Origin: Malacoraja senta
Lineage: Eukaryota
Length of the DNA: 64,000 nt
Direction of reading: 5' to 3'
NCBI GenBank assembly: GCA_038087875.1
Contig: CM075991.1
Span: 3,224,001-3,288,000, forward strand
In this document: piece by piece, positions 48,634 to 60,369 of the stretch
How positions within the stretch are numbered: the stretch's first letter is position 1
How the letters are laid out: each line of letters opens with the position of its first letter
Notes under the pieces: model-generated
What the model saw: only the letters and a program-made list of their open reading frames with translations
Database searches by the model: none
Told to the model about the DNA's origin: nothing
Program-made: the position numbers and the translations under genes

Positions 48634-50537
48634 ATTTGCCAGTTGCAGTTATTACTGGAATACTATGATGGATCATGATTGTCTCAAAAGCTTCCAGAGA
48701 TCCTGGTTGAAACACCTTCCATTATGCTACAGACTAATTTTAGTGCTCTAGGTTGGGGGCATACATAAGTATTTCCAGCTGTGGAGGTAGATGGAATGTG
48801 GGGAAAGTACCTTTGATCCAATAACAAGGGATCATTTAATGAGAGTTTTAGGAACAATTTATGGCCTAAAGCTTATTGCTCTAATATGCAAAGTTTGCAT
48901 GTTTAGGTATAGATTGACACTACGGAATAGAAACGTATGTTAATCATTTGAGTGGTATGAAGTCAGAATCTTGTGATAGACTGGCTAATGTGATCTGGAC
49001 CTGGTGTTTTTACAAGAATATTTGGTTTGGCAATCTACCTACCTGGTAGATTCAAAATAATTGCAGACTCATGGTCATGTAAATTCAATGATAATACAGA
49101 ATGGATGTTGGATCGTGACAAATTTAGTAATATTGTTGCATGGTTGGTGACTTGTTTGCATCCAGACTTAACCACCAATTACCTAAATATGTGTCATGGG
49201 AACCTGATCCTGGGGCAGTAGGATGTTTCTCGCTGCATTGGGGTAGAATGTTTTTATATACATTTTCTCCATTTTTGCCTCATTTAGTCAGTATATACAG
49301 AAGATCAAACAGGACTCCGCTTCGGGAGTATTGGTGGTACCAGATTGGACCTACAAAACCATGGTACCCTCTGGTGATAAAAATGATCACAAAGCCTCTT
49401 ATGATTTTCCCAAAACAGAATTAACCTGTTTGTGCACCCTATAACTGATGATTCACATCCTTTACATAATCGTATTGGTTTGTTGATTTGCAGATTCTAA
49501 GGAGTTCCATATATTGGAAGAGGACTATCAGATCGTATTGTGGATATTATTGCAACCTGGAGGGATAGTACCCAGAAGCAGTACATTTCTTACATAAGGA
49601 AATGGGATATGTTTTGCTTAAGGCAGAATATTACATATCACACTACAGACATCTCAGACGTGTTAGAGTTTCTGTCAACTCTTTATTTTTTATTGGCAGT
49701 TAAGCTATAGTGCTATCAATACTGCAAGGAGTGCTTTTTCTGCATAGCTATGGAGGGAATCAGAATAAATTCTTGTAGGGTTACACCCTTTGGTCTGTAG
49801 ATTTAGGAAGGGAATTTTCAATTCTAAGCTTCCTAGGCACAGCTTTACAAAAATCTGGAATATAAGAGATATGTTATGCTTTTTCGTTAATGGACTCCTA
49901 TTGCAGTGCTGTCCTTGGCCTAAATTACCATGAAGGTAGTCATGCTCAGGGCACTGGTTTCAGCACAGAGAGTGAAAACATTGCAGAAACTACGAATAGA
50001 CATGATGGAAATAGCAACAGATACTATTATGTTCTATGTCTATGATTTGCTTAAATAGAGTAGACCTGGAATCACAGGATGTAAGTTGGGGTTTTCAGCA
50101 TATCCTACGGATCCACGTCTATGTGTAGTATCACATTTACAATGTTAGATTGAAGCCACCAGAACCTTAAGAGGTGCAGTATCAGCATTTTATTAGCCAT
50201 AAATAATTGCATAAGAAAGTGTCGGTTCAGACTATTTCAAAATGGCTGAAGCAGGTGTTGCTTGATGCAGGTATTGATACTGACAAATTTAAATCTCAAT
50301 CCATCAACATTGGCGGCCAAGGATTTGGATGTTCCAATAGAACATATCCTCGCGGCCGCAGGACAAAGTGAAAGAATGTTTCACAAGTATTACCATAAGG
50401 AGATTATAGTACCTGTGGTTATTTGGTGGTGCTATTTTGGATTTAGTATTAAGTTTCCTCTTGTGATAAAGGGGTTACTATTGTGGTGATAAATTAACCA
50501 TTAACTGGTTGCATCCATGTTGTGGTTATGCATTGTT

Positions 50538-51726
50538 AGAAACATAGAAACATAGAAAATAGGTGCAGGAGTAGGCCATTCGGCCCTTCGAGCCTGCACC
50601 GCCATTTGATATGATCATGGCTGATCATCCAACTCAGTATCCCATCCCTGCCTTCTCTCCATACCCCATGATCCCTTTAGCCACAAGGGCCACATCTAAC
50701 TCCCTCTTAAATATAGCCAATGAACTTGCCTCAACTACCCTCTGTGGCAGAGAATTCCACAGATTCACCACTCTTTGTGTAAAAAATGATTTCCTCATCT
50801 CGGTCCTAAAAGTCTTCCCTCTTATCCTTAAACTGTGACCCCTAGTTCTGGACTTCCCCAACATCCGGAATAATCTTCCTGCATCTAGCCTGTCCAACCC
50901 CTTAAGAATGTTGTACGTTTTTATAAGATCCCCCCCTTAGTCTTCTGAATTCCAACGTGTACAAGCCGAGTCTATCCAGTCTTTCCTCATATGAAAGTCC
51001 TGCCATCCCAGGAATCAGTCTGGTGAACCTTCTCTGTACTCCCTCTATGGCAAGAATGTCTTTCCTCAGATTAGGAGACTAAAACTGTACGCAATACTCC
51101 AGGTGTGGTCTCACCAAGACCCTGTACAACTGCAGTAGAACCTCCCTGCTCTTATTCTCAAATCCTTTTGCTATGAATGCTAACATACCATTTGCTTTCT
51201 TCACTGCCTGCTGCATGTACATTTTTACTTTCAATGACTGGTGTACCATGACACCCAGGTCTCGTTGCATCTCCCCTTTTCCTAATCGGCCACCATTCAG
51301 ATAATAGTTTTCTTTCCTGTTTTTGCACCAAAGTGGATAACCTCACATTTATCCACATTATACTGCATCTGCCATGCCTTTGCCCACTCACCCAACCTAT
51401 CCACCTTGCAGCCTCCTAGCATCCTCCTCACAGCTAACACTGCCCCCCAGCTTCGTGTCATCCGCAAACTTGGAGATGTTGCATTCAATTCCCTCATTCA
51501 GATCATTAATATATATTGTAAATAGCTGGGGTCCCAGCACTGAGCCTTGCGGTACCCCACTAGTCACTGCCTGCCATTCTGAAAAGGACCCGTTTACTCC
51601 TACTCTTTGCTTCCTGTCTGCCAGCCAGTTCTCTATCCACATCCATACTGAACCCCCAATACCATGTGCTTTAAGTTTGTATGCTAATCTCTTATGTGGG
51701 ACCTTGTCGAAAGCCTTCTGAAAGTC
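50538..51726 (-). mobile_element. 5'-truncated CR1 inside the DIRS A 3' region
   Basis: RT C-terminal half plus tail. Confidence 0.95.
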
Positions 51727-51817
51727 ATTTATTGTTGATTGCTTTACTTATTTAGTCAATCAATGCAGTGAGACGCCTGGATTTGAATCTACGGCGTGAA
51801 AACACAGAGCTTTGAAA

Positions 51818-51930
51818 TCTTCACGTAGTCACTCACGTGACTCTGAAGTAAAATAGTAAGATTAAACGAGAACTTACCAGTTTGAAATTTGATCTGTATT
51901 TTAAGAGGAGTTACATTGAGGGACTACGTG
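51818..51930 (+). repeat. DIRS A internal complementary region (ICR); further copies at ~53494-53606 and split 55169-55203 / 60018-60095
   Basis: Reverse complement of the left terminus joined directly to the reverse complement of the right terminus. Confidence 0.93.
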
Positions 51931-52204
51931 CCCTTCAATCCCACTCTCATAAAGATCGAGCTGGTAGTTCTAGTCTTTACGTATCTTACTATCATACTTC
52001 AGTAATTGTTGTCTGTGATTTCACTCCGCTGCTTTGAAGATTGACGCATGTGAGGCTGGACGGGCTCTTCTTCACGTAGTCCCTCAACGTAACTCCTCAT
52101 AAAATAAAGATCAAACTTCAAACTGGTAAGTTCTCATTTAATCTTACTATGATCATGTTCATCGCCAAGGCATAAAGGATCACAGAGATGGTACAGCCTG
52201 TGTT

Positions 52205-53402
52205 ACATAGATACATAGATACATAGAAAATAGGTGCAGGAGTAGGCCATTCGGCCCTTCGAGCCTGCACCGCCATTCAATATGATCATGGCTGATCATC
52301 CAACTCAGTATCCCGTACCTGCCTTCTCTCCATACCCCCTGATCCCCTTAGCCACAAGGGCCGCATCTAACTCCCTCTTAAATATAGCCAATGAACTGGC
52401 CTCAACTACCCTCTGTGGCAGAGAGTTCCAGAGATTCACCACTTTCTGTGTGAAAAAGTTTTTCCTCATCTCGGTCTTAAAGGATTTCCCCCTTATCCTT
52501 AAGCTGTGACCCCTTGTCCTGGACTTCCCCAAACATCGGGAACAATCTTCCTGCATCTAGCCTGTCCAACCCCATAAGAATTTTGTACGTTTCTATAAGA
52601 TCCCCTCTCAATCTCCTAAATTCTAGCGAGTATAAGCCAAGTCTATCCAGTCTTTCTTCATATGAAAGTCCTGACATCCCAGGAATCAGTCTGGTGAACC
52701 TTCTCTGCACTCCCTCTATGGCTATAATGTCCTTCCTCAGATTTGGAGATCAAAACTGTACGCAATACTCCAGGTGTGGTCTCACCAAGACCCTGTGCAA
52801 CTGCAGTAGAACCTCCCTGCTCCTATACTCAAATCCTCTTACTATGAAGACCAACATACCATTCGCTTTCTTCACTGCCTGCTGCACCTGCATGCCTACT
52901 TTCAATGACTGGTGTACCATGACACCCAGGTCTCGTTGCATCTCCCGTTTTCCTAATCGGCCACCATTCAGATAATAGTTTTCTTTCCTGTTTTTGCACC
53001 AAAGTGGATAACCTCACATTTATCCACATTATACTGCATCTGCCATGCCTTTGCCCACTCACCCAACCTATCCAAGTCACCTTGCAGCCTCCTAGCATCC
53101 TCCTCATAGCTAACACTGCCCCCCAGCTTCGTGTCATCCGCAAACTTGGAGATGTTGCATTCAATTCCTCATTCAGATCATTAATATATATTGTAAATAG
53201 CTGGGGTCCCAGCACTGAGCCTTGCGGTACCCCACTAGTCACTGCCTGCCATTCTGAAAAGGACCCGTTTACTCCTACTCTATGCTTCCTGTCTGCCAGC
53301 CAGTTCTCTATCCACATCCATACTGAACCCCCCAATACCATGTGCTTTAAGTTTGTATGCTAATCTCTTATGTGGGCACTTGTCGAAAGCCTTCTGAAAG
53401 TC
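52205..53402 (-). mobile_element. Chimeric CR1 (recombinant)
   Basis: 3' part matches the 60370 copy; 5' part matches the 50538 copy. Confidence 0.9.
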
Positions 53403-53880
53403 ATTTATTGTTGATTGCTTTACTTATTTAGTCAATCAATGCAGTGAGACGCCTGGATTTGAATCTACAGCGTGAAAACACAGAGCTTTGAAATCTTCAC
53501 GTAGTCACTCACGTGACTCCGAAGTAAAATAGTAAGATTAAACGAGAACTTACCAGTTTGAAGCTTGATCTTTATTTTAAGAGGAGTTACATTGAGGGAC
53601 TACGTGCCCTCCAATCCCACCCTCATAAAGATCGAGCTGGTAGTTCTAGTCTTTACGTATCTTACTATCATACTTCAGTAATTGTTGTCTGTGATTTCAC
53701 TCCGCTGCTTTGAAGATTGACGCGTGTGCGGCAGGACGGGCTCTCCTCCACGTAGTCCCTCAACGTAACTCCTCATAAAATAAAGATCAAACTTCAAACT
53801 GGTAAGTTCTCGTTTAATCTTACTATGATCATGTTCATCGCCAAGGCATAAAGGATCACAGAGATGGTACAGCCTGTGTT

Positions 53881-55077
53881 ACATAGATACATAGATACAT
53901 AGAAAATAGGTGCAGGAGTAGGCCATTCGGCCCTTCGAGCCTGCACCGCCATTCAATATGATCATGGCTGATCATCCAACTCAGTATCCCGTACCTGCCT
54001 TCTCTCCATACCCCCTGATCCCCTTAGCCACAAGGGCCGCATCTAACTCCCTCTTAAATATAGCCAATGAACTGGCCTCAACTACCCTCTGTGGCAGAGA
54101 GTTCCAGAGATTCACAACTCTCTGTGTGAAAAAGTTTTTCCTCATCTCGGTCTTAAAGGATTTCCCCCTTATCCTTAAGCTGTGACCCCTTGTCCTGGAC
54201 TTCCCCAACATCGGGAACAATCTTCCTGCATCTAGCCTGTCCAACCCCATAAGAATTTTGTACGTTTCTATCAGATCCCCTCTCAATCTCCTAAATTCTA
54301 GCGAGTATAAGCCAAGTCTATCCAGTCTTTCTTCATATGAAAGTCCTGACATCCCAGGAATCAGTCTGGTGAACCTTCTCTGCACTCCCTCTATGGCTAT
54401 AATGTCCTTCCTCAGATTTGGAGACCAAAACTGTACGCAATACTCCAGGTGTGGTCTCACCAAGACCCTGTACAACTGCAGTAGAACCTCTCTGCTCCTA
54501 TACTCAAATCCTCTTACTATGAAGACCAACATACCATTCGATTTCTTCACTGCCTGCTGCACCTGCATGCCTACTTTCAATGACTGGTGTACCATGACAC
54601 CCAGGTCTCGTTGCATCTCCCCTTTTCCTAATCGGCCACCATTCAGATAATAGTTTTCTTTCCTGTTTTTGCACCAAAGTGGATAACCTCACATTTATCC
54701 ACATTATACTGCATCTGCCATGCCTTTGCCCACTCACCCAACCTATCCAAGTCACCTTGCAGCCTCCTAGCATCCTCCTCACAGCTAACACTGCCCCCCA
54801 GCTTCGTGTCATCCGCAAACTTGGAGATGTTGCATTCAATTCCTTCATTCAGATCATTAATATATATTGTAAATAGCTGGGGTCCCAGCACTGAGCCTTG
54901 CGGTACCCCACTAGTCACTGCCTGCCATTCTGAAAAGGACCCGTTTACTCCTACTCTTTGCTTCCTGTCTGCCAGCCAGTTCTCTATCCACATCCATACT
55001 GAACCCCCAATACCATGTGCTTTAAGTTTGTATGCTAATCTCTTATGTGGAACCTTGTCGAAAGCCTTCTGAAAGTC
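53881..55077 (-). mobile_element. Chimeric CR1 (recombinant, second copy)
   Basis: Same switch pattern as 52205-53402. Confidence 0.9.
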
Positions 55078-55719
55078 ATTTATTGTTGATTGCTTTACTT
55101 ATTTAGTCAATCAATGCAGTGAGACGCCTGGATTTGAATCTACGGCGTGAAAACACAGAGCTTTGAAATCTTCACGTAGTCACTCACGTGACTCCGAAGT
55201 AAAATAGTAAGATTAAACGAGAACTTACCAGTTTGAAGTTTGATCTGTATTTTATGAGGAGTTACGATGAGGGATTACGTGAAGACCCCGTCCAGCACGC
55301 ATGCGCGACATTCTTCAAAGCAGCGGTGTGGAATCACAGGAAACACAATAATTGAAATAAACATAGTAAAGAAAAGGAGAACTAAGATACCTGTTGATCT
55401 ATATATTTGAGGGTGGGAGCGGAGGGCACGTAATCCCTCATCGTAACTCCTCATAAAATACAGATCAAACTTCAAACTGGTAAGTTCTCGTTTAATCTTA
55501 CTATTTTACTTCGGAGTCACGTGAGTGACTACGTGAAGATTTTAAAGCTCTGTGATTTCAAACCGTGTAACAGTTCATACTTCACTCGCTGCCGAAGTCA
55601 TTCAAGGGAGGAAGTATGTTATCGTAATCAACCATAATCTGTTTATAAACAATAATGGTATCTATTAAACAATAACAAAAGACAAAATGCTCCCCTGGGC
55701 TTAAATTATATATTTTTGC

Positions 55720-56680
55720 AGATTTTAAAACTCTTTCTGCAAATAACACAGGTTCTGCTAGCGGCTTGTGGTAGAACGTTTGGAACGTTTTCTCCATGTT
55801 CATTCTTTTAGCCGCCGATGTGGATGCTGCCCTGGTGGAGTGAGATGTATATACATCAGTATCTACTCCAGCAGCTCCCAGTACCTGCTTGAGCCATCTC
55901 GCGATGGTTTGGCTCGACACCCAACCATGAGGTTTCTTGTGGCTGACCCATAAGGCTTTTTTATTTATTTATTTATTATTATTTTATTTTTTTTCCTTTC
56001 TCCCTCGAGAATCTCTTGTTGTGTTGTTGTAAGTGAATAAGTGAGTCATGACACACAACCGTAGGTCAGGTGGGTATGCCCGGAAATCCATAACTAGGAC
56101 TCAAGTTCCTTGCTTGCTCTGCTTTAGCAGCTCCTGAATGGTGAATGAGACCCGGTCTGGTGTTATAACCATGTTGTCCAGTCGCAGTAAGTGGAGGGAC
56201 TGGACTCTTTGTGCTGAGACTAGTAGCATCAGCATGACCGTTTTCAGGGTTAGCTTTTCCAGGGTGAGAGACCTGGCTGGGGACCATCCCCTTAGGTATG
56301 TCAGGACCACACTGACATCCCAGATTTGTGTATACCTAGGTCTAAGAGGGTTGGAGTTGACGATACTCCTCATGAGTTTGATCACCAGCGGGTGAGACCC
56401 TATGGCCTGTTGTCCTGGCACCTGTTTTAAATAGGCTGACAGCGCATGTCTGGCAGTATTGATGGCGCTGTGGCTCAATCCTTCATTATGGTGAAGGCCC
56501 CCCAGGAACTCCAGTACATTGGTTATGGTTGCAGATGAGTACGTTGTCCCAGTAGTCGAGCAGTATCTTTCCCACTTCCTGATGCTCGATAGGTATTGTT
56601 TCCTGGTGGACATACGGTGTCATCATGTTGATGGTCCTGTCAGATAATCCCAGTCCCAGCAGTGGTCTTTTGATAATCTG
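55720..56680 (-). pseudogene. DIRS B tyrosine recombinase (frameshifted)
   Basis: LVSAQRVQSL (R), SHSTRAAS (HxxR) and TFQTFYHK (Y). Confidence 0.88.
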
Positions 56681-56699
56681 CAACCCAGTAGGTTAATTT

Positions 56700-57113
56700 T
56701 GGCATGGCATGGATGACTTATGCCTGATACGTCAATAGGTCTGGGCTACTGGGAAAGGTCATAGGAGTATCGATGACCATGTCGAGGACCACTGGGAACC
56801 ATGGCTGTGTAGGCCAGTTGGTACTATCAAAATACCTGAAGCAGAGTCCATCTGTATTTTGCGTAGTACCCTACAGATTAAGGCAGAAGGGGAAAAAAGC
56901 ATAGAAGAAATCGGTCCCCCAGTTCAGCGCGAATGCATCTATCGCTGCTGCCTCAGGGTGTGGTTCCCAAGGGACATACATTGGTACGTGGTGATTTAGT
57001 CTGGATGCAAAGAGATCGATATCTGGTGTGCCATATTGGTTTGTAATTTTAGCAAAAGCTCTAGGATTTAACACCCATTCGGTGTTTATCATTGAATTTG
57101 CATGACCTGGCAC
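56700..57113 (-). pseudogene. DIRS B N6-adenine methyltransferase-like domain
   Basis: EW.L..DIDLFASRLN..DAF..NW..YAFFPF (YAFPPF-like). Confidence 0.8.
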
Positions 57114-57119
57114 TGTATT

Positions 57120-58400
57120 TAGCTTACCTGGTAGGTAAGTTGCTGATAGCCAAATATGTCTATCGACCCACCATTACCAGATTGTGTTGACCCAATTGTC
57201 ACATGATATCGATTTTATTCCGGTCATATGGTTAATATAGGCCACCACCGTGATATTATCAATTTGTAAATGAACATGCAAGTTGTGCATATTCCTAGAA
57301 TATGCTTTAAAACCATAAAACGCACCCAACATTTCCAAATAATTTATGCCCAGTGTTTGTAGTAAAGACGAGTCTAGGTTAGTCCATCTACCACCTGTGC
57401 TGGATATGGTATTAGTTGCTCCCCAGCCTTGAGCACTGTCATCTGTTTGTATAGTTAACGTTGGGTTATTGATGATGATAGGGCTGGAACTATGCCAAAT
57501 GTGTTATATCCACCATTGTAACTCTGATATTGCTTCAATGGGTAGTTTCATGGATATGTCAAAGTGACCTGCATGTCGTTTCAACGCCTGTACTTTTGCC
57601 CTTTGTAGGTGCTGATAGTGCAGGAGTCCAAATTGTGTAGCTGAAAATGCTGCTACCATTTTGCCAATTACTCTTGCCACTTGTCGGATGGTTGGTCGAT
57701 TGCTTACCATTAAATTGTTGCACATCTGTGCCAATTCTGCTGCTTTACCTTTTGGCAACGTTACAGACATGTGGATTGAGTTAATTGTGAATCCCAGATA
57801 GTCCATAGTTGTGGATGGCGTCAACTTAGATTTATCTGGATGTATGACAAACCCAGGGTTTCAAACAATTGTTTGGTAGCTAATACAGCTGATTTAGCCA
57901 ACTCCATGGTTTTGCCAACTATTTGGATATCATCAAGATACGCCATGACAATATGTCTTTGTTTTGTTAATGTTGCCAAGGCTGGTTTTAATATCTTGGT
58001 AAATAGTCTAAGGCTGATGTCAACCCATTAGGCAACACTTTATACTGCCATAGTTGCCCCATCCAGGTAAATTTTCAGGTATCTGCGATGACCCTTGTGA
58101 ATGGGTACTGAATAGTAGGCATCTTTTAAATCAATGCTTGCCATAAAGTATCCTTTGGAAATCAGTTGTTTAGCAGTTACAAATGTTTCCATTTTGAAAT
58201 GTACATACTTAACAAAGGTATTTAGTGAGGTTAAGTCAATGATGATGCGACATCCACCATCTTTTTTGCTTTTGGTAAATATATTTGAGACAAATTCCAA
58301 AGGATCATGTTTGGATTTCTCAATGACACCCTTTGTAAGTAACCTCCCCAGTTCTGCTTGAGCCTCTAGTTCTCTTTGACTGAGAGGGTAAAGACCCTTT
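57120..58400 (-). pseudogene. DIRS B reverse transcriptase / RNase H (frameshifted)
   Basis: KSKKDGGCRIIIDL, ASIDLKDAYY, YLDD at ~57930 and DYLGFTI. Confidence 0.9.
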
Positions 58401-60369
58401 GGGGTACGTGCTGAACTGGTGGCATGTTTTCTTGAATGAACTCTATTTTGTATCCCCGAATACTGTTAAGTATATAACTATCATTCGTGAGACACCTCCT
58501 GTTAGTACAGACCTCCTGTTAGTACAGTTCCCCATTTACATGCTGGTAGGAACCAGACCCACCTACCTCCATAGTTATGGTAGTGTTCCTTTCTTCCGTT
58601 TGTTCATCCGTCGTTATACTGCTGGATGTACTGCTGATGTACTGCTGATTGGGGGTGGCGCATTTTCCATGGGGTCCGCTCTGGGCTCTGGCCTAAAAAG
58701 GCTTTCGGGGATAGTATGCGGACCCCGAGCTTTCACCAGTTACCTAAATTTGACCTTGACTGGTGGACGCGGTGGGGTACTGCCGTCTGGTTTTTTGTGT
58801 GGGTCTGCTCGTTCCGGGGCCTGCCCACATAAGGCCAAATGCTTTGGACTCTTCCTCCAGGTCTTTCACTTGTCCTTCCAAATAACAGGATCTGCGGCTC
58901 TGAGGCCGGTGTTTTACACAGTCCTGCAAACCTGGGATTGAGGGCAGGTCTTATTCTCTCCTTGCGGAGGTTATTTATCTCATATTGGGTGTAGCACAGC
59001 AGAGCCAGAGTGTCTTGCTGGTTTGTGGTCATATCCACCCCATCCACGGAACGAGCATAGGCTGTTATCCCTGTCGTCAGGAGCTTGAGGATTTTAGCTC
59101 CTGGTTCCAGATACTCTGTCCCCCCCCCCCAGATTTGGCTGTTAACAGCCGGTACATTGAGCGAACTGCAGTTTTCCAGCTCTAGTGCCTCATTAAGTAC
59201 CTGTCTTGTAGGGGTTTGAGGGACAGGTGGTTGATGCTGGCCGCCAGTTTTGGCTCCAATGGCCGCCCTGCTCGTGGTGAAACCACGTAGCGAATCTCCA
59301 CACCCAGCAGCTCTTCCTGATCCTGTACCCCAAGCGTACTCCCGACATCTTCAGCCAATGACCCCTGTTCCTGACCAGCCCAGCCCTGGTCGCCAACGCT
59401 GCCCTGCTTTGAGGGGAAAGCGATGGCCAGTGCATTGTAGAGCACTGCTGTGGGAGTGCCTGATCACCCTGGCGAGACTGCTCTAGCTCCTGAAGCAAGT
59501 CTCGCTGGAGCAGTTGCTCCATGAGCCTTTCCATTTGGCTCAGGCGGCTAGCTCTGCCGCTCTAAGGCGGACCCTCCTCATAACCGGCCGGTTTTTTGTT
59601 TTTGTTGTTTTTTTTTAACTTTTCCTCCAGCCCGCTGCCGCTCATCAGGCTACGCTAGCGGGACTGGGCTCGGCTCGGTCTCGATGAGGGTGGACCGCCG
59701 CATATGCGGTCCAGGTGCCGCCTCTCGCCCCCCACTGATGGAACACTCCCGTTCTGTTGGAGTCGAACGGGGGGCGGTTATCTTCCTTTGCCGTGCTGCT
59801 CCTGTTCCCAGTTCCTCTGGAATACAGAGCAGAGCACAGCTTGCGGATTACGACCTCAGTGTAAGACTTACCTGATGGTCCGCTGTTTAGTTTTCACCGA
59901 CGTGTAGCGGGAGCGCCTGTACTCCCGGTCGTCGCTGTTGCACTGCGTGAACGCTAATGTCGCGCATGCGTGCTGGACGGGGTCTTCACGTAGTCACTCA
60001 CGTGACTCCGAAGTAAAATAGTAAGATTAAACGAGAACTTACCAGTTTGAAGTTTGATCTGTATTTTATGAGGAGTTACATTGAGGGACTACGTGCCCTC
60101 CAATCCCACTCTCATAAAGATCGAGCTGGTAGTTCTAGTCTTTACTTATCTTACTATCATACTTCAGTAATTGTAGTCTGTGATTTCACTCCGCTGCTTT
60201 GAAGATTGACGCGTGTGCGGCTGGATGGGCTCTTCTTCACGTAGTCCCTCAACGTAACTCCTCATAAAATAAAGATCAAACTTCAAACTGGTAAGTTCTC
60301 GTTTAATCTTACTATGATCATGTTCATCGCCAAGGCATAAAGGATCACTGAGATGGTACAGCCTGTGTT

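Larger units (their letters stand above)
44081..52150 (+). mobile_element. DIRS1-type tyrosine-recombinase retrotransposon A; decayed, contains two CR1 insertions
   Basis: Left ITR TTTACTTCGGAGTCACGTGAGTGACTACGTGAAGAAGAGCCCGTCC is inverted at 52042-52081; ICR at 51818-51930. RT ASIDLK, MTase DLFASRLN and YR VSAQRV..FHKYY remnants. Confidence 0.94.
55204..60017 (-). mobile_element. Full-length DIRS1-type element B (4814 bp, frameshifted)
   Basis: 37-bp perfect ITR at 55276-55312 vs 59956-59992 and its own ICR at 55427-55539. Domain order gag, RT (ASIDLKDAYY, MAYLDD), RNase H (IQTDS..GWGA), MTase, YR. Confidence 0.96.
51727..60369. repeat. Tandem array of a ~1676-bp unit (DIRS A 3' end + 54-bp Hero piece + chimeric CR1); the third DIRS end is interrupted by DIRS B
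   Basis: Identical junction GAAAGTC|ATTTATTG at 51726, 53402 and 55077; CTTACTAT|GATCATG at 52150, 53826 and 60315. Confidence 0.96.

Noticed and set aside
52205..55077. Independent CR1 insertions at repeated sites
   Set aside because: Identical truncation points and flanks show duplication, not separate insertions.
55720..57113. Prophage, integron or bacterial horizontal transfer (tyrosine recombinase + Dam-like MTase)
   Set aside because: Both are standard DIRS1 domains, here bounded by ITR/ICR and next to RT.
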